From positions 67,012-131,011 of the forward strand of contig JALEGL010000008.1 in assembly GCA_022763185.1 (NCBI GenBank): 64,000 bases of DNA, read 5' to 3'. The first letter of the stretch is position 1, and each line of letters begins with the position of its first letter. Positions 38,032 to 48,155 of the stretch are shown piece by piece. This DNA comes from a bacterium (lineage in GTDB: Bacteria > Bdellovibrionota_G > JALEGL01). The notes beneath the pieces were generated by a model, which made no database searches, was not told the DNA's origin, and worked only from the letters and a program-made list of their open reading frames with translations. The position numbers were made by a program, and so were the translations under genes.

Positions 38032-39021
38032 TTAAAGTTGTTTTGCTATATCCTGAGCAGCGTAAGTAAGAATGCCACTGCAGCCAGCTCTTTTTAAGGC
38101 AATGAGGCTTTCTAACATACAGGCCTGGTCATCCAAATAGCCTTTTTCTGCCGCAGCTTTGAGCATGCTATACTCCCCGCTGACATGATAGGCAAAGGTT
38201 GGTACTTTAAATGTCGTTTGTACTCTATGAATAATATCCAAGTATGGAAGACCGGGTTTAACCATAACCATATCTGCGCCTTCTTTTAAATCTTGTTCCA
38301 CTTCATCTAGAGCTTCTAGGGCATTGGCTGGATTTTGTTGGTAAGTGCGTTTATCGGTTTTTAAATTGGACTTTGAACCCACCGCATCTCTAAAAGGGCC
38401 ATAAAAAGCAGAAGCATATTTTGCAGCATAAGACATGATCAGCGTGTTATGAAACTGAGCATGTTCAAGGGTATTGCGAATAGCCTTGATACGGCCATCC
38501 ATCATGTCCGAGGGACCTAAAATATCACAACCTGCTTGCGCTTGCACCAAGGCTTGTTGGCTTAAAATTTCAACCGTTTCATCGTTATCAATATTGCCTT
38601 GAGCATCCAAGATTCCATCATGACCGTGCGTGGTGTAGGGATCTAAAGCCACATCGCACATGATGCCTAAATTAGGGCAAGTAACCTTAACAGCCGCAAC
38701 CGCTCTGCAAATTAAATTGTTGGGATTTGTGGCTTCAATGCCGTCATCGGTTTTTAAACTTGGATCGATTTTGGGAAACAAGGCAATGCAGGGAATGCCC
38801 AGGTCTTGGGCCTCTTTGGCTTTTTTAACCAAGAGATCAATGCTGTACCTAAAAACACCGGGCATGCTGTTGATGGCTTCTTGTTTGTTTGTGCCATCAA
38901 TAACAAAGCATGGCCAAATAAAGTCTTGGGCGGATAAGGATGTTTCAGCCACCAAGTCACGTAGCCATGAGCTTTTTCTGAGTCTGCGCATGCGATTAAG
39001 AGGAAAATCTGCTTTGTACAT
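38032..39021 (-). CDS. hemB: porphobilinogen synthase (delta-aminolevulinic acid dehydratase), Mg2+-type
   Basis: HemB N-terminal RMRRLR...LVAETSL...FIWPCFV and active-site Lys regions. The metal site is DVALDPYTTHGHDG (Asp-rich), not the Cys-rich Zn type. Confidence 0.93.
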   Translation of the reverse strand: MYKADFPLNRMRRLRKSSWLRDLVAETSLSAQDFIWPCFVIDGTNKQEAINSMPGVFRYSIDLLVKKAKEAQDLGIPCIALFPKIDPSLKTDDGIEATNPNNLICRAVAAVKVTCPNLGIMCDVALDPYTTHGHDGILDAQGNIDNDETVEILSQQALVQAQAGCDILGPSDMMDGRIKAIRNTLEHAQFHNTLIMSYAAKYASAFYGPFRDAVGSKSNLKTDKRTYQQNPANALEALDEVEQDLKEGADMVMVKPGLPYLDIIHRVQTTFKVPTFAYHVSGEYSMLKAAAEKGYLDDQACMLESLIALKRAGCSGILTYAAQDIAKQL

Positions 39022-39033
39022 ACTTAAGGTCTC

Positions 39034-39411
39034 CTAAGCAAAGTTACCAGAGAGTTGTTCGCCCCCAAGAATATGAAAGTGTAGATGAGGGACACTTTGT
39101 CCACCATGTTGTCCAATGTTGTTGACCACTCTGTATCCTGTTTCAGATAGCCCCAAATCGGAAGCTATTTTAGGGATTTGTAACATCATGTGGGCAATTA
39201 AATTTTGATGATCTTGGGTTAAGTCATTGAGTGAAGGAATGGCTAACTTGGGGATGAGTAGGGCATGCACTTTTGCCTGCGGTGCAACATCTTTGATGCA
39301 GATACAGCGTTCATCTTCATAAAGAACGGTGGATGGAAGTTCTTTGGCTATAATTTTTTCAAACAAAGTCATGACTTGAAAATAGCATGATTTCACTGAT
39401 CCCCAAAACAT
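39034..39411 (-). CDS. HIT-family (histidine triad) protein
   Basis: C-terminal HLHFHILGG histidine triad, 125 aa. Confidence 0.85.
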   Translation of the reverse strand: MFWGSVKSCYFQVMTLFEKIIAKELPSTVLYEDERCICIKDVAPQAKVHALLIPKLAIPSLNDLTQDHQNLIAHMMLQIPKIASDLGLSETGYRVVNNIGQHGGQSVPHLHFHILGGEQLSGNFA

Positions 39412-39478
39412 TGCCGCATTCAGAATAAAAAACTAGGATTGCGTTGAGTCATGGAGATGAAAATGTTATGCATACGCT

Positions 39479-40435
39479 ATGAGTGAAAAGCAATACTGCA
39501 AGCCGAGTCAAGAAACATTAAAAGAAACTTTAGATTCTGAAAGTTATCAAGTCACACAAAACAATGGCACAGAAAGAGCCTTTGCCAATCAATATTGGGA
39601 TCACAAAGAGCCTGGTATTTATGTCGATGTTGTTTCTGGAGAGCCCTTGTTTTCATCCTTGGATAAATACGATTCAGGCTCGGGTTGGCCAAGTTTTACG
39701 CGTCCTGTGGAAAAAAACAACATCGTTGAAAAAGAAGACAGAAAATTATTCATGAAGCGTACAGAAGTTCGCTCAAAACATGCTGATTCGCATTTAGGGC
39801 ATGTTTTTCCAGATGGACCGGCACCCACGGGCATGCGTTATTGTATTAATTCAGCAGCGTTGAGATTTGTGCCAGTCAAGGATTTAGAAAAAGAAGGTTA
39901 CGCAGAGTTTAAGTCTTTATTTGAGGGGGAGCATACAATGAAAAAGGTTCAAAAAGATACAGCAATTTTAGCAGGAGGCTGTTTTTGGGGTGTTGAACAG
40001 TTAATTAGACAATTAGAGGGTGTTTTAAGCACAGAAGTTGGCTATACGGGTGGAGATCTAGAAAACCCAAAATATGAGCAAGTAAAAACGGGTAATACAG
40101 GGCATGCCGAAGCTATAAAAATTGAGTTTGACCCGAGTAAAATTAGTTTTGAACAGATTTTAGAGTTCTTTTTTAAAATGCATGATCCTACTACCCTCAA
40201 TCAGCAAGGCAATGATGTGGGAAGTCAGTATCGATCCGCAATATTTTATCAAAATGAAGAGCAACGAAAAACTGCGCAAGATGTGATTGCTAAAGTTGAA
40301 GAATCTGGTTTTTGGTCCAAACCTATTGTGACCGAAGTTGTTGAACAAAGGCCGTTTTATTCAGCTGAGGATTATCATCAAGATTATTTGCAAAAAAATC
40401 CTGGTGGCTATACCTGTCACTTTGTAAGACAATAA
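39479..40435 (+). CDS. msrAB: bifunctional peptide methionine sulfoxide reductase MsrB-MsrA fusion
   Basis: N-terminal MsrB (GWPSF, HLGHVF, catalytic RYCINS) lacking the two CxxC zinc-site motifs. The C-terminal MsrA has the GCFWG active site. Confidence 0.9.
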   Translation: MSEKQYCKPSQETLKETLDSESYQVTQNNGTERAFANQYWDHKEPGIYVDVVSGEPLFSSLDKYDSGSGWPSFTRPVEKNNIVEKEDRKLFMKRTEVRSKHADSHLGHVFPDGPAPTGMRYCINSAALRFVPVKDLEKEGYAEFKSLFEGEHTMKKVQKDTAILAGGCFWGVEQLIRQLEGVLSTEVGYTGGDLENPKYEQVKTGNTGHAEAIKIEFDPSKISFEQILEFFFKMHDPTTLNQQGNDVGSQYRSAIFYQNEEQRKTAQDVIAKVEESGFWSKPIVTEVVEQRPFYSAEDYHQDYLQKNPGGYTCHFVRQ

Positions 40436-40522
40436 AGCCTGCGTCTATAGAGTCCAGTGGTATTTTTTTGCTCACTCTAATTATGATGTAACTGTTTAAA
40501 ATTATTGATTTAAAATGCTCTA

Positions 40523-40981
40523 TTGTTTGGCATAACCTATGCAATATTTAGTGGCATGAGAAAAATTAAGGAAGTTTGCCGTAACGACAATAAAAAACTA
40601 ACAAGAAAATTAAGAATACTGAGTGTGGTGTTATGTTTAATTTTTGCTTTAAACAATTCGGTTAAAGCCAAAACATTAGCGGTCAGTGAAGATTTTAAAG
40701 TATCCATTGACTCTATTACGGATGGAAATATTGACCAAGCCTTAATGCGCTTTGTGGGGTCGGAACAGTGTTCTACTGAAGTGTTAAAAGTAAGACATGA
40801 GCTCGATCAAGAGCAAATAGCTCTTGCAGTAGATGCAGCAGAAAACGGACCTCTTTTAGATGAGAATGCTGAAACACTCAATCTTGAGAGCAAAACCATA
40901 CATGCCTTAAAACAGTGTGCTGAAAATTTAAACATTTCCTTAGCCGCCGTATTGGAAATGTATGTCTTGGCCAATGGCTAG
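40523..40981 (+). CDS. small secreted hypothetical protein
   Basis: Predicted signal peptide LRILSVVLCLIFALNNSVKA. The start is probably at an internal Met (MRKIKEV, about 40556). No motifs recognised. Confidence 0.35.
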   Translation: MFGITYAIFSGMRKIKEVCRNDNKKLTRKLRILSVVLCLIFALNNSVKAKTLAVSEDFKVSIDSITDGNIDQALMRFVGSEQCSTEVLKVRHELDQEQIALAVDAAENGPLLDENAETLNLESKTIHALKQCAENLNISLAAVLEMYVLANG

Positions 40982-40983
40982 TT

Positions 40984-42621
40984 TTATACAGCACTGATCT
41001 TATCTAAAAACTTTCCGGCAATACAAATAACACTAGGCTTTGGCTTGCTGTTGCCGCCATCAGGCCAATGACTTGTTGGCTTATCAAGCTCTTGTGTCAT
41101 TTCACCGGGATGTTGTACAGAAAGGAATAAGGTCTTTCCATCAGGGCTGAATTTTGGACCGGTAAACTCAGCATCTATTGGCGCTGAAGCAACTTGAATG
41201 GGCATCCCTGCTTGCGGACCTTCTTTTAAAACCACAAACAAGCCATTGTTACCAAAGGCTTTATAATCACCTTTACCTACTTTATGGCCCGAAATATCGG
41301 TCGTAAACCAAAGGTTGCCTTTGGGATCAAACTCAATATTATCTGGACAAGCAAAACCTGTTTTTTCTCCACCTGCAATAAACGTTTCATGTTTAAAGCT
41401 TAAGGAAAGGGGGTCATTATTGTCCTCTGTCATTTTTAGAATGGAACCGTGGGGGTTGTTGGTCTGACCATTTTTTGTCAGTGCAATATAAATATTACCG
41501 TCTTGATCTAACTCAACATCTTCTGGTCTATCTTGTGGGGTGGCACCAATCATTCTGGCAGCCTCTCGAGCATGAATTAAAATATCCAATTGGCTTTTGT
41601 AGCTTTGTTTTAGTTTGGTATTATTTAAGGTTAAAGGGAGCCATTGATTGTTATTGGTATCTGCAACATACAAGGTTCCTGTTTCAAGACTGTTGGTTTT
41701 GTCAGCAATAAACTTATAGATAAATTCATTTTCTTTATCGTCACCCATATAAACCACTGGACGACCATCTTTGGCTTGAGTGACAGTAGCGCTTTCGTGG
41801 GCAAATCGACCTAAACTGGTTAGCTTTTTGCCTGGATCTGAGCTCAAAGGGTCAATTTCAACCACCCAGCCATAATGTTCAGGGGGATAAGCATAGATGT
41901 CTTCCCATTGTGATGCATAGTAAGGGTTGTCTTTATTGATTTTTCCTGTTTTTGGATCTCGCTCACCATAATAATCTTGATAGTTTTCCTCACAGCTTAA
42001 AAAAGTATTCCATGGAGTTTTTCCACCGGCGCAGTTGCCTAAAGTACCAACTGCATGCGTACGATTAAGAATGGCTTGACCACCCGCAAAAGGAATTTTA
42101 GTTTGTGCATCTATACGACGGTTGTATGGGTATGACGTGTCCACTTTCCATTGTCCGTGTTTGACTTGATCTGCTTTAAATAAAGAGCAGCCTACACTTT
42201 GTTGTTCTTTATCTGCTTGCGTTTTTGTTTTTTTACCTTGTAAGTAACCGCTGACATATTTGTCATTGGGGTACTCATTGTTAACCATAAAAAACAGACT
42301 TTTATTGTTTTTACTTAAGGGTACATAGTTGATGTAATCACAGTTAAAACCAAAACTATGGGTTTTTGAAATGGGATCTCCCCATGAGACCAGGACAGAA
42401 TAACGTAAGTCTTCAACAAGTCTAACGTCATCTTTTAAGCTTGGGGCTAAATTTTTAATAGGGGCAGCAACTTTGGGAGACTTCATGCATGATGCTGGCA
42501 AAACACTAAAACCTGATAGTAATGCAGAGTTTTTGCCTATAAATTGTAAAAACTGTCTTCTGTTCCATTCTTTATGCAAGTTCATGTCTAACGTATTATC
42601 GTACTGAGACCAAGAGATCAA
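40984..42621 (-). CDS. phoX: Tat-secreted PhoX-family (DUF839) phosphatase
   Basis: Twin-arginine signal NRRQFLQF. The beta-propeller-like sequence with PDNIEFDPKGNLWFTTD is typical of PhoX/COG3211, from memory of the family. Confidence 0.65.
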   Translation of the reverse strand: MISWSQYDNTLDMNLHKEWNRRQFLQFIGKNSALLSGFSVLPASCMKSPKVAAPIKNLAPSLKDDVRLVEDLRYSVLVSWGDPISKTHSFGFNCDYINYVPLSKNNKSLFFMVNNEYPNDKYVSGYLQGKKTKTQADKEQQSVGCSLFKADQVKHGQWKVDTSYPYNRRIDAQTKIPFAGGQAILNRTHAVGTLGNCAGGKTPWNTFLSCEENYQDYYGERDPKTGKINKDNPYYASQWEDIYAYPPEHYGWVVEIDPLSSDPGKKLTSLGRFAHESATVTQAKDGRPVVYMGDDKENEFIYKFIADKTNSLETGTLYVADTNNNQWLPLTLNNTKLKQSYKSQLDILIHAREAARMIGATPQDRPEDVELDQDGNIYIALTKNGQTNNPHGSILKMTEDNNDPLSLSFKHETFIAGGEKTGFACPDNIEFDPKGNLWFTTDISGHKVGKGDYKAFGNNGLFVVLKEGPQAGMPIQVASAPIDAEFTGPKFSPDGKTLFLSVQHPGEMTQELDKPTSHWPDGGNSKPKPSVICIAGKFLDKISAV

Positions 42622-42791
42622 AATAACTTACATTTCACGGTTTGATTTTAAGGGCTTTAGAAAAGCTTAGTGACAGCTATCAGGGCATTGATCATAAAGT
42701 AGAATCAATAAACTAAAGTTTAAAAAAAAATTGAATATGATAAGACAGCGTAAGGTTTAAGCTTGTATTCATTTTTATAGAAAAAAGAGAG

Positions 42792-43373
42792 TTGTTTATG
42801 GCATTGACAGAATCACAAATGATAGGTTTAGGACAACATCTTCCTGAGTTTAGCTTATTGAACGTGGTGTCCAATAAGTATCTAACTAAGAGTGATGTGA
42901 AAGATAGGCCTGTGCTGATTATGTTTATTTGTAATCACTGCCCCTATGTTAAGCATGTCTGGCATGAATTTTCTCGCTTGGAAAAAGACTATCAAGACAA
43001 AGGTTTAGTGATACTCGCGGTTAACGCAAATGATATTGAAAACTATCCTCAAGATGGACCAGAAAATATGCAGCAATTGCATCGTGATATGCAATGGTCT
43101 TTCCCATTTTTATTGGATGAGGAGCAAAGTTTTGCAAAAGCTTTGCATGCTGCATGTACACCTGACTTTTATGTTTTTGATGCAAAGCATGCATTACAGT
43201 ATCGAGGACAATTAGATGATAGCAGGCCAGGGAATCCAACTAAAGTTAGTGGTCAAGATATACGAAAAGCATTAGATCGTATTTTGCAGGGTAAACCTGT
43301 AGATTGGGAACAAAAGCCCAGTATTGGATGCAACATCAAATGGAAAAAAGGCAATGAACCAGAGTATTTTTAA
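42792..43373 (+). CDS. thioredoxin-family protein (CxxC redoxin)
   Basis: CNHCPYVKH CxxC motif within a thioredoxin-like fold, 193 aa. It is a paralogue of 21584-22222. Confidence 0.7.
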   Translation: MFMALTESQMIGLGQHLPEFSLLNVVSNKYLTKSDVKDRPVLIMFICNHCPYVKHVWHEFSRLEKDYQDKGLVILAVNANDIENYPQDGPENMQQLHRDMQWSFPFLLDEEQSFAKALHAACTPDFYVFDAKHALQYRGQLDDSRPGNPTKVSGQDIRKALDRILQGKPVDWEQKPSIGCNIKWKKGNEPEYF

Positions 43374-43398
43374 TGGTTGATCCTTTGAGGAATAAAAC

Positions 43399-45807
43399 AT
43401 GAAAAAAAATAAATTAACAAAGATTCTATTGGGTGTGATTGGCTTTTTTGTACTGCTGTATGCCATCATTTTGATTTTACCTAAAAAGAGTTTAATTAGT
43501 AAAATAGAGCAACAGGTTTATCAAGCTAGCAATTTAAAACTTTCCATAGGTAATATAAGTCCGGCCTTATTTGGCATTTCTCTGGATAATGTGTCCTTAC
43601 AAGCGGAAGACAAAGACAAACTTTATATAAGTCTTGAGCATGCAAAATTTAAAATAAAGCTTTTGCCTTTATTTTCCAAAAAAGTGGTGTTTTCAAAAAT
43701 TCTACTGGACTCACCCCAGGTAAACTATGATCTAAGCTATAAATATCAATCTCCGGATGAAGATAGCAAAGACACCACTGCAGCGATAGAAAAAGAGGGT
43801 GCTATTAACTTTGAGTTAAGTCAATTGCTAATCAATAATATGAAAATTAAAGTGCATGAAGAAAATTCATTGTTGTTTACAACACATTTGGCCAAGCAAA
43901 GTTATGTCATAAAGACTCAAGGTTTGGATGTTTTTGCAATATCAGGTCATGCAGACTTTGATGAGTTGCTTTACCAAACTGCCTACGGATATTTTGGACG
44001 CGGTTTAGAGCCTAAACTGGATATAGATCTGATATACGACAATAAAAATCAGAACGCTACACTAAAGCAGTTGATGCTTGAGAGTGAGTCGATCAAAGCT
44101 GAAATGCAGGGAACATTTGAAATGCAAAATGAACCACGCTACAAGTTTAATTTGAATGCCAAGAGTGGAGAGTTAAAGCAAATTTTAGCATTTTTGCCGT
44201 CAAAAATATTTAGCGATCAGTCCATGAAATCCAGTGACGGTCAATTAATACTTGAGGCATCCTATGACGGTGGGAGCGACTACAGCAATGCTGACTTTAT
44301 GGCTAAGCTTAAATTGACTGATGGTGTTGCACGCTATAAAAAAGATATTAAAGATATTGTTCTTGATCTGGATATCGACAGTCAATCTATCACACTCAAC
44401 GCACTCAAAGCCAAAACCGATAAAAGTATGATTGATATGAAAGCAAAAATTAGCAATTATCTTAATGGTATTGAAAAAAGCCCAGTGGCTGTTTCAGCTC
44501 AATACAACTTAGACTTTGATGAGTTAAAGCAAATAGAGATGTACCCACCTGAGCATGCTTTGTCAGGAAAAGCCAAAGGTCAGATCAACATAGCTCAAAA
44601 CATAACTTCACCTCTTATGACAGGCAGACATCAATTGACGGATGTTGCGTATTCGTCAACCTCACCGGACATGAAAAACTATAAAATTAAAAGCCTGTAT
44701 GCCACCCTTGGTTTAGAAAAAAATCAAATCAACCTTGATGTCGATCGCATGCAAATAAATAATGACGAGCTTTCCATGAAGGGAAGTGTTCGAAATGTTT
44801 TAGCGTATGCCTTAGCGGATGGCTCTTTAGATTATGATATTAATGTTAATGCAAAATCTTTGGATTTGGATAAGCTTTTGCCAGAGGACCAAGAAGAAAA
44901 AAGTTCAGAAGCAGTAGATTTTAGTCCAATTAAAAAAATTAATGGGACCAGTCGATTACAGTGCAATGTTTTGCATTACAGTGACTTGGACTTAAAAAAT
45001 GTCAAAGCTGAGTTGGTTACACAAAATGGAAAAATTGACTTAAAGAACCTAAGTGCCAATGCCTTTTCAGGCTTGTTCAAAACTAACTTTAAGCTTGATG
45101 TAACAGATGAAGATAGGTTTCCTTATCAAGCCAATGTGAATGTTGATAATGTCAAATTAGATGAGTTTATAGACTATGCAAAAGTTTTTTTCCCGATAAA
45201 AATTGATAAAGTCACAAAGGTCGGGGGGCAACTTTTTAGTCAAATACAATCATCAGGAACAATTAATACAAACACACTTTTGCCTGAAATAGACTCCATA
45301 TCTTTTGAGGGGCCCATAAAAATTGTTGAAGGTTACCTTAAACAATCCGCAATACAAAAGCGCTTGGCTCAATTCATCAAGAAAGACTCATTGAAGAGTG
45401 TTGATTTTAAATCATGGAGCCAATACATTCAATTTAACAAAGGTATGTTTGAAGTTAATAAACTAGACTTTAACAGTAAAGGTATAAATCTTTCTGGTAA
45501 AGGTACTCAATCACTGACTGGGAAGGTTGATTATGATTTTAAAGTAAAACTTCCAAAAAAAGATGTTGAAGAAACATTCCCTGCTTTGGCTAAACTTAAC
45601 CCTAATGCAGAGAATATAGACATTCCTATTCAATTAACGGGATCACTCAATGAGTTAAAGGTTTCTGTGATTGAAGGCAACATCAAGCAAGTCGTGAGTG
45701 AAAAAGTAGAGAAAAAAATAGAAAAGAAAGTTGAAAAGAAAAAAGAAGAAATTAAAAATAAAACAAAAGAGGCGGTCAAGGATAAGCTCAAAGGCTTTGG
45801 TTTTTAA
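43399..45807 (+). CDS. AsmA-family protein
   Basis: N-terminal TM anchor followed by a large periplasmic region. The N-terminal approximately 110 aa align in pattern with E. coli AsmA. The C-terminus is a Lys/Glu-rich tail (VEKKIEKKVEKKKEEIKNK). Confidence 0.5.
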   Translation: MKKNKLTKILLGVIGFFVLLYAIILILPKKSLISKIEQQVYQASNLKLSIGNISPALFGISLDNVSLQAEDKDKLYISLEHAKFKIKLLPLFSKKVVFSKILLDSPQVNYDLSYKYQSPDEDSKDTTAAIEKEGAINFELSQLLINNMKIKVHEENSLLFTTHLAKQSYVIKTQGLDVFAISGHADFDELLYQTAYGYFGRGLEPKLDIDLIYDNKNQNATLKQLMLESESIKAEMQGTFEMQNEPRYKFNLNAKSGELKQILAFLPSKIFSDQSMKSSDGQLILEASYDGGSDYSNADFMAKLKLTDGVARYKKDIKDIVLDLDIDSQSITLNALKAKTDKSMIDMKAKISNYLNGIEKSPVAVSAQYNLDFDELKQIEMYPPEHALSGKAKGQINIAQNITSPLMTGRHQLTDVAYSSTSPDMKNYKIKSLYATLGLEKNQINLDVDRMQINNDELSMKGSVRNVLAYALADGSLDYDINVNAKSLDLDKLLPEDQEEKSSEAVDFSPIKKINGTSRLQCNVLHYSDLDLKNVKAELVTQNGKIDLKNLSANAFSGLFKTNFKLDVTDEDRFPYQANVNVDNVKLDEFIDYAKVFFPIKIDKVTKVGGQLFSQIQSSGTINTNTLLPEIDSISFEGPIKIVEGYLKQSAIQKRLAQFIKKDSLKSVDFKSWSQYIQFNKGMFEVNKLDFNSKGINLSGKGTQSLTGKVDYDFKVKLPKKDVEETFPALAKLNPNAENIDIPIQLTGSLNELKVSVIEGNIKQVVSEKVEKKIEKKVEKKKEEIKNKTKEAVKDKLKGFGF

Positions 45808-45813
45808 AGCTCA

Positions 45814-46413
45814 TTATCTATTAGAATGCTGTTTTAAATAAAAAGACTCTATTGCATCAATGTTTTTTTGTTGGCTTTTATCATAGTGCCCCTTGATTTT
45901 TTTTTGCCGGACAGCTTCATATACACTGATGGCACAAGCAACAGAGATGTTTAAGCTTTGCACCATACCCATCTGTGGTATATGAAAATGATGTGTACTT
46001 TGCTGTAAAGCTTCAGGTGTTAGCCCAACATGTTCATTGCCAAACATTAAAATGCTAGGCTCTGAAGAGAAGTCAATATCGTAAACTTCTAAAGACTGAT
46101 CATTTAAGTTTGAAGCATATAGCTTTGTATAGTTTTTTTTAATTGAATCAAAGCATTGTTCAAGGTCAGTATAAAAGTGTATCTTGAGCCATTTTCTGGC
46201 GCCAGAAGAGGCTTTTTCATCAAAACCTTCAAGGGTTTTGGGTAAACGGTAGTCCGTATTTAAAATATAGACATTAAAAATACCTGCAGCATCACAGGTC
46301 CTCAAAACAGCACCAATATTATGGGGATCGTGAACATTTTCTAATAAAACAGCAAGATCTGTTTGCCGTTGGGCTGCCAGCTGTTTTATTTTATTTAAAC
46401 GCTCATTGGTCAT
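45814..46413 (-). CDS. SpoU/TrmH-family RNA 2'-O-methyltransferase
   Basis: SpoU motifs LENVHDPHNIGAVLRTCDAAG and C-terminal SLNISVA, 199 aa. Confidence 0.8.
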   Translation of the reverse strand: MTNERLNKIKQLAAQRQTDLAVLLENVHDPHNIGAVLRTCDAAGIFNVYILNTDYRLPKTLEGFDEKASSGARKWLKIHFYTDLEQCFDSIKKNYTKLYASNLNDQSLEVYDIDFSSEPSILMFGNEHVGLTPEALQQSTHHFHIPQMGMVQSLNISVACAISVYEAVRQKKIKGHYDKSQQKNIDAIESFYLKQHSNR

Positions 46414-46416
46414 GAC

Positions 46417-47931
46417 TTAGTCGATTGCAAATAATTTAAACAGTTGATCATGTTTAATAAAAAACACAGGCTTTTTAAGTTGGCGTAGAGCATGAAAATC
46501 ACCTAAACTTTGCGCGAGCTTTATTTTTTCAAGCTGTGCTTGTTCTTCTGAAACGTCAGGATTGTCACCGTAGACAATAATAAAGCTAACATCAAGGTGA
46601 CCGCCTTTAAAATATTGACCAACAGAGTGTAAATATTGAGGCCCAGGGTAAGGAATGCACGGTTGGCAGTAAGTTTTTGATAGGTGCTGACACAGTTTTT
46701 CAAGTTTGTTTTTGTAACCAAAGCCAAAAAATAAAACAGCTATCATTTGATTTTTATGGCATAGCTTGTCCAGTTCTTCAAAAAAAACTTTGGGCGTTGT
46801 TGCTGTTGGGTCTTCAGGTTTTAAGTTCACTTGTTTTAGGTAATCATGGGCGAGTGATTTGGATAGAGCAACATTTGGTTCATCAAAAGGGTTAAGCTTA
46901 AGAAAATAGCCTAAGATTGCTGTGATTTGCATCCAAATATAGCTTTGAAGAAGAAGATTGTTTTGCTTAGCCGTCAAAGGAAATGTAAGCATATGGCTAA
47001 AAGTGTTTGATAAGGCTAGATTTGTATCTGTATTGATATGAATATAATCTTTTCGATCATTATCAATGTATTGTGAAGGTAGGGGAATAAAACCACAGTT
47101 GTTTTTTCCAGTACTTTCTGCAATCAGCTGCTCCACCCAATGGGTAAAATAAGAAAGTTGGTCAGGTAAATGTAAAATGAGCTTATTGCTGCCATAGTTT
47201 TGATATAGTTGAAAAACTTTAGCTGTAAACTGTTCAATCTGCTTTTGTAAATTTTGACCTTTTGCGTACTTTAAAAAACAATCTATATTCTCATTCAAGG
47301 CTGTAAAATTAATTAATGCAAAAGGTAAAAGGCCAAAGTACGAAATAGATGAAAACCTTCCACCTATGTCATCAGGAGTGATAAATTGATCATAGAAATT
47401 ATGTTGACTTAAAGCAAAGTGCTGACTTAATGATGTGTTGGCATCAGATACACTTACAAAATGATGATCAGGGATATTAAGTTTTTGAAGATACTTGAAA
47501 ACGGACATGGTTTCCAGAGTGCTGCCAGATTTAGAGGCAATAAAGAATAAGGTGTTAGGAAGGTCAACCCTAGATAAACAATCATGGATATGCTGGGTGT
47601 CAGTACTGTCTATGATATGAAAATGTTCAGCTTCATAAACATGAACCAAGGTTTTGGCAAATAAACTGGAGCCCCCCATGCCAACCCAAACAAAATCTAG
47701 ATAGTTTGATTTTTTAATTTTTTCATAGAAGGCACTAACTTTTTCCTTAGAGTTGTTAATCACTTGATCAGACTCAACCCAGCCTAAACGGTTTGAAATA
47801 GCGTGTTGCTTTGTCAATTCAGATGACCAAAGAGTGGGGTCTTTTTGCTGAAGTCTATTAAAAATATTGTTAGATTTGAGCTCTTCAAGCAAGAGTTCAT
47901 AATCGTTGGTTGACTTGTCCTCTAGATGCAT
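46417..47931 (-). CDS. pgi: glucose-6-phosphate isomerase (SIS-domain PGI family)
   Basis: DPTLWSS...ISNRLGWV N-terminal block, FVWVGMGGSSL and FIASKSGSTLET SIS motifs, 504 aa. Confidence 0.6.
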   Translation of the reverse strand: MHLEDKSTNDYELLLEELKSNNIFNRLQQKDPTLWSSELTKQHAISNRLGWVESDQVINNSKEKVSAFYEKIKKSNYLDFVWVGMGGSSLFAKTLVHVYEAEHFHIIDSTDTQHIHDCLSRVDLPNTLFFIASKSGSTLETMSVFKYLQKLNIPDHHFVSVSDANTSLSQHFALSQHNFYDQFITPDDIGGRFSSISYFGLLPFALINFTALNENIDCFLKYAKGQNLQKQIEQFTAKVFQLYQNYGSNKLILHLPDQLSYFTHWVEQLIAESTGKNNCGFIPLPSQYIDNDRKDYIHINTDTNLALSNTFSHMLTFPLTAKQNNLLLQSYIWMQITAILGYFLKLNPFDEPNVALSKSLAHDYLKQVNLKPEDPTATTPKVFFEELDKLCHKNQMIAVLFFGFGYKNKLEKLCQHLSKTYCQPCIPYPGPQYLHSVGQYFKGGHLDVSFIIVYGDNPDVSEEQAQLEKIKLAQSLGDFHALRQLKKPVFFIKHDQLFKLFAID

Positions 47932-48155
47932 TGTTTTAGTCTATTATTGAATAATAGGAGTATTGTCGAGATAAATGCAGCTTTATCAATGTAAACTTAA
48001 ACGCTAGAGATACACATTGTTGTTTAGAATCGTGTATAAAAATAATAGTTTAAAAGACAAATGCTTTTTGCTTATGGTTTATTTACGATATAATATTAAC
48101 AAGATATGAGTTTTTCGAGCGAAAATAATGGGTTTATGCCGAATGGGGGCTTTTT

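Noticed and set aside
38032-39021. HemB metal-site variant (Asp-rich DVALDPYTTHGHDG) as a novelty.
   Set aside because: This is the well-known Mg2+-type PBGS variant (plants, Pseudomonas). I noted it in the feature evidence but it is not unusual.
43399-45807. The AsmA-like gene as part of the gliding locus.
   Set aside because: It is separated from the Glt-like block by trmH and pgi on the opposite strand. AsmA-family proteins are widespread envelope biogenesis factors.
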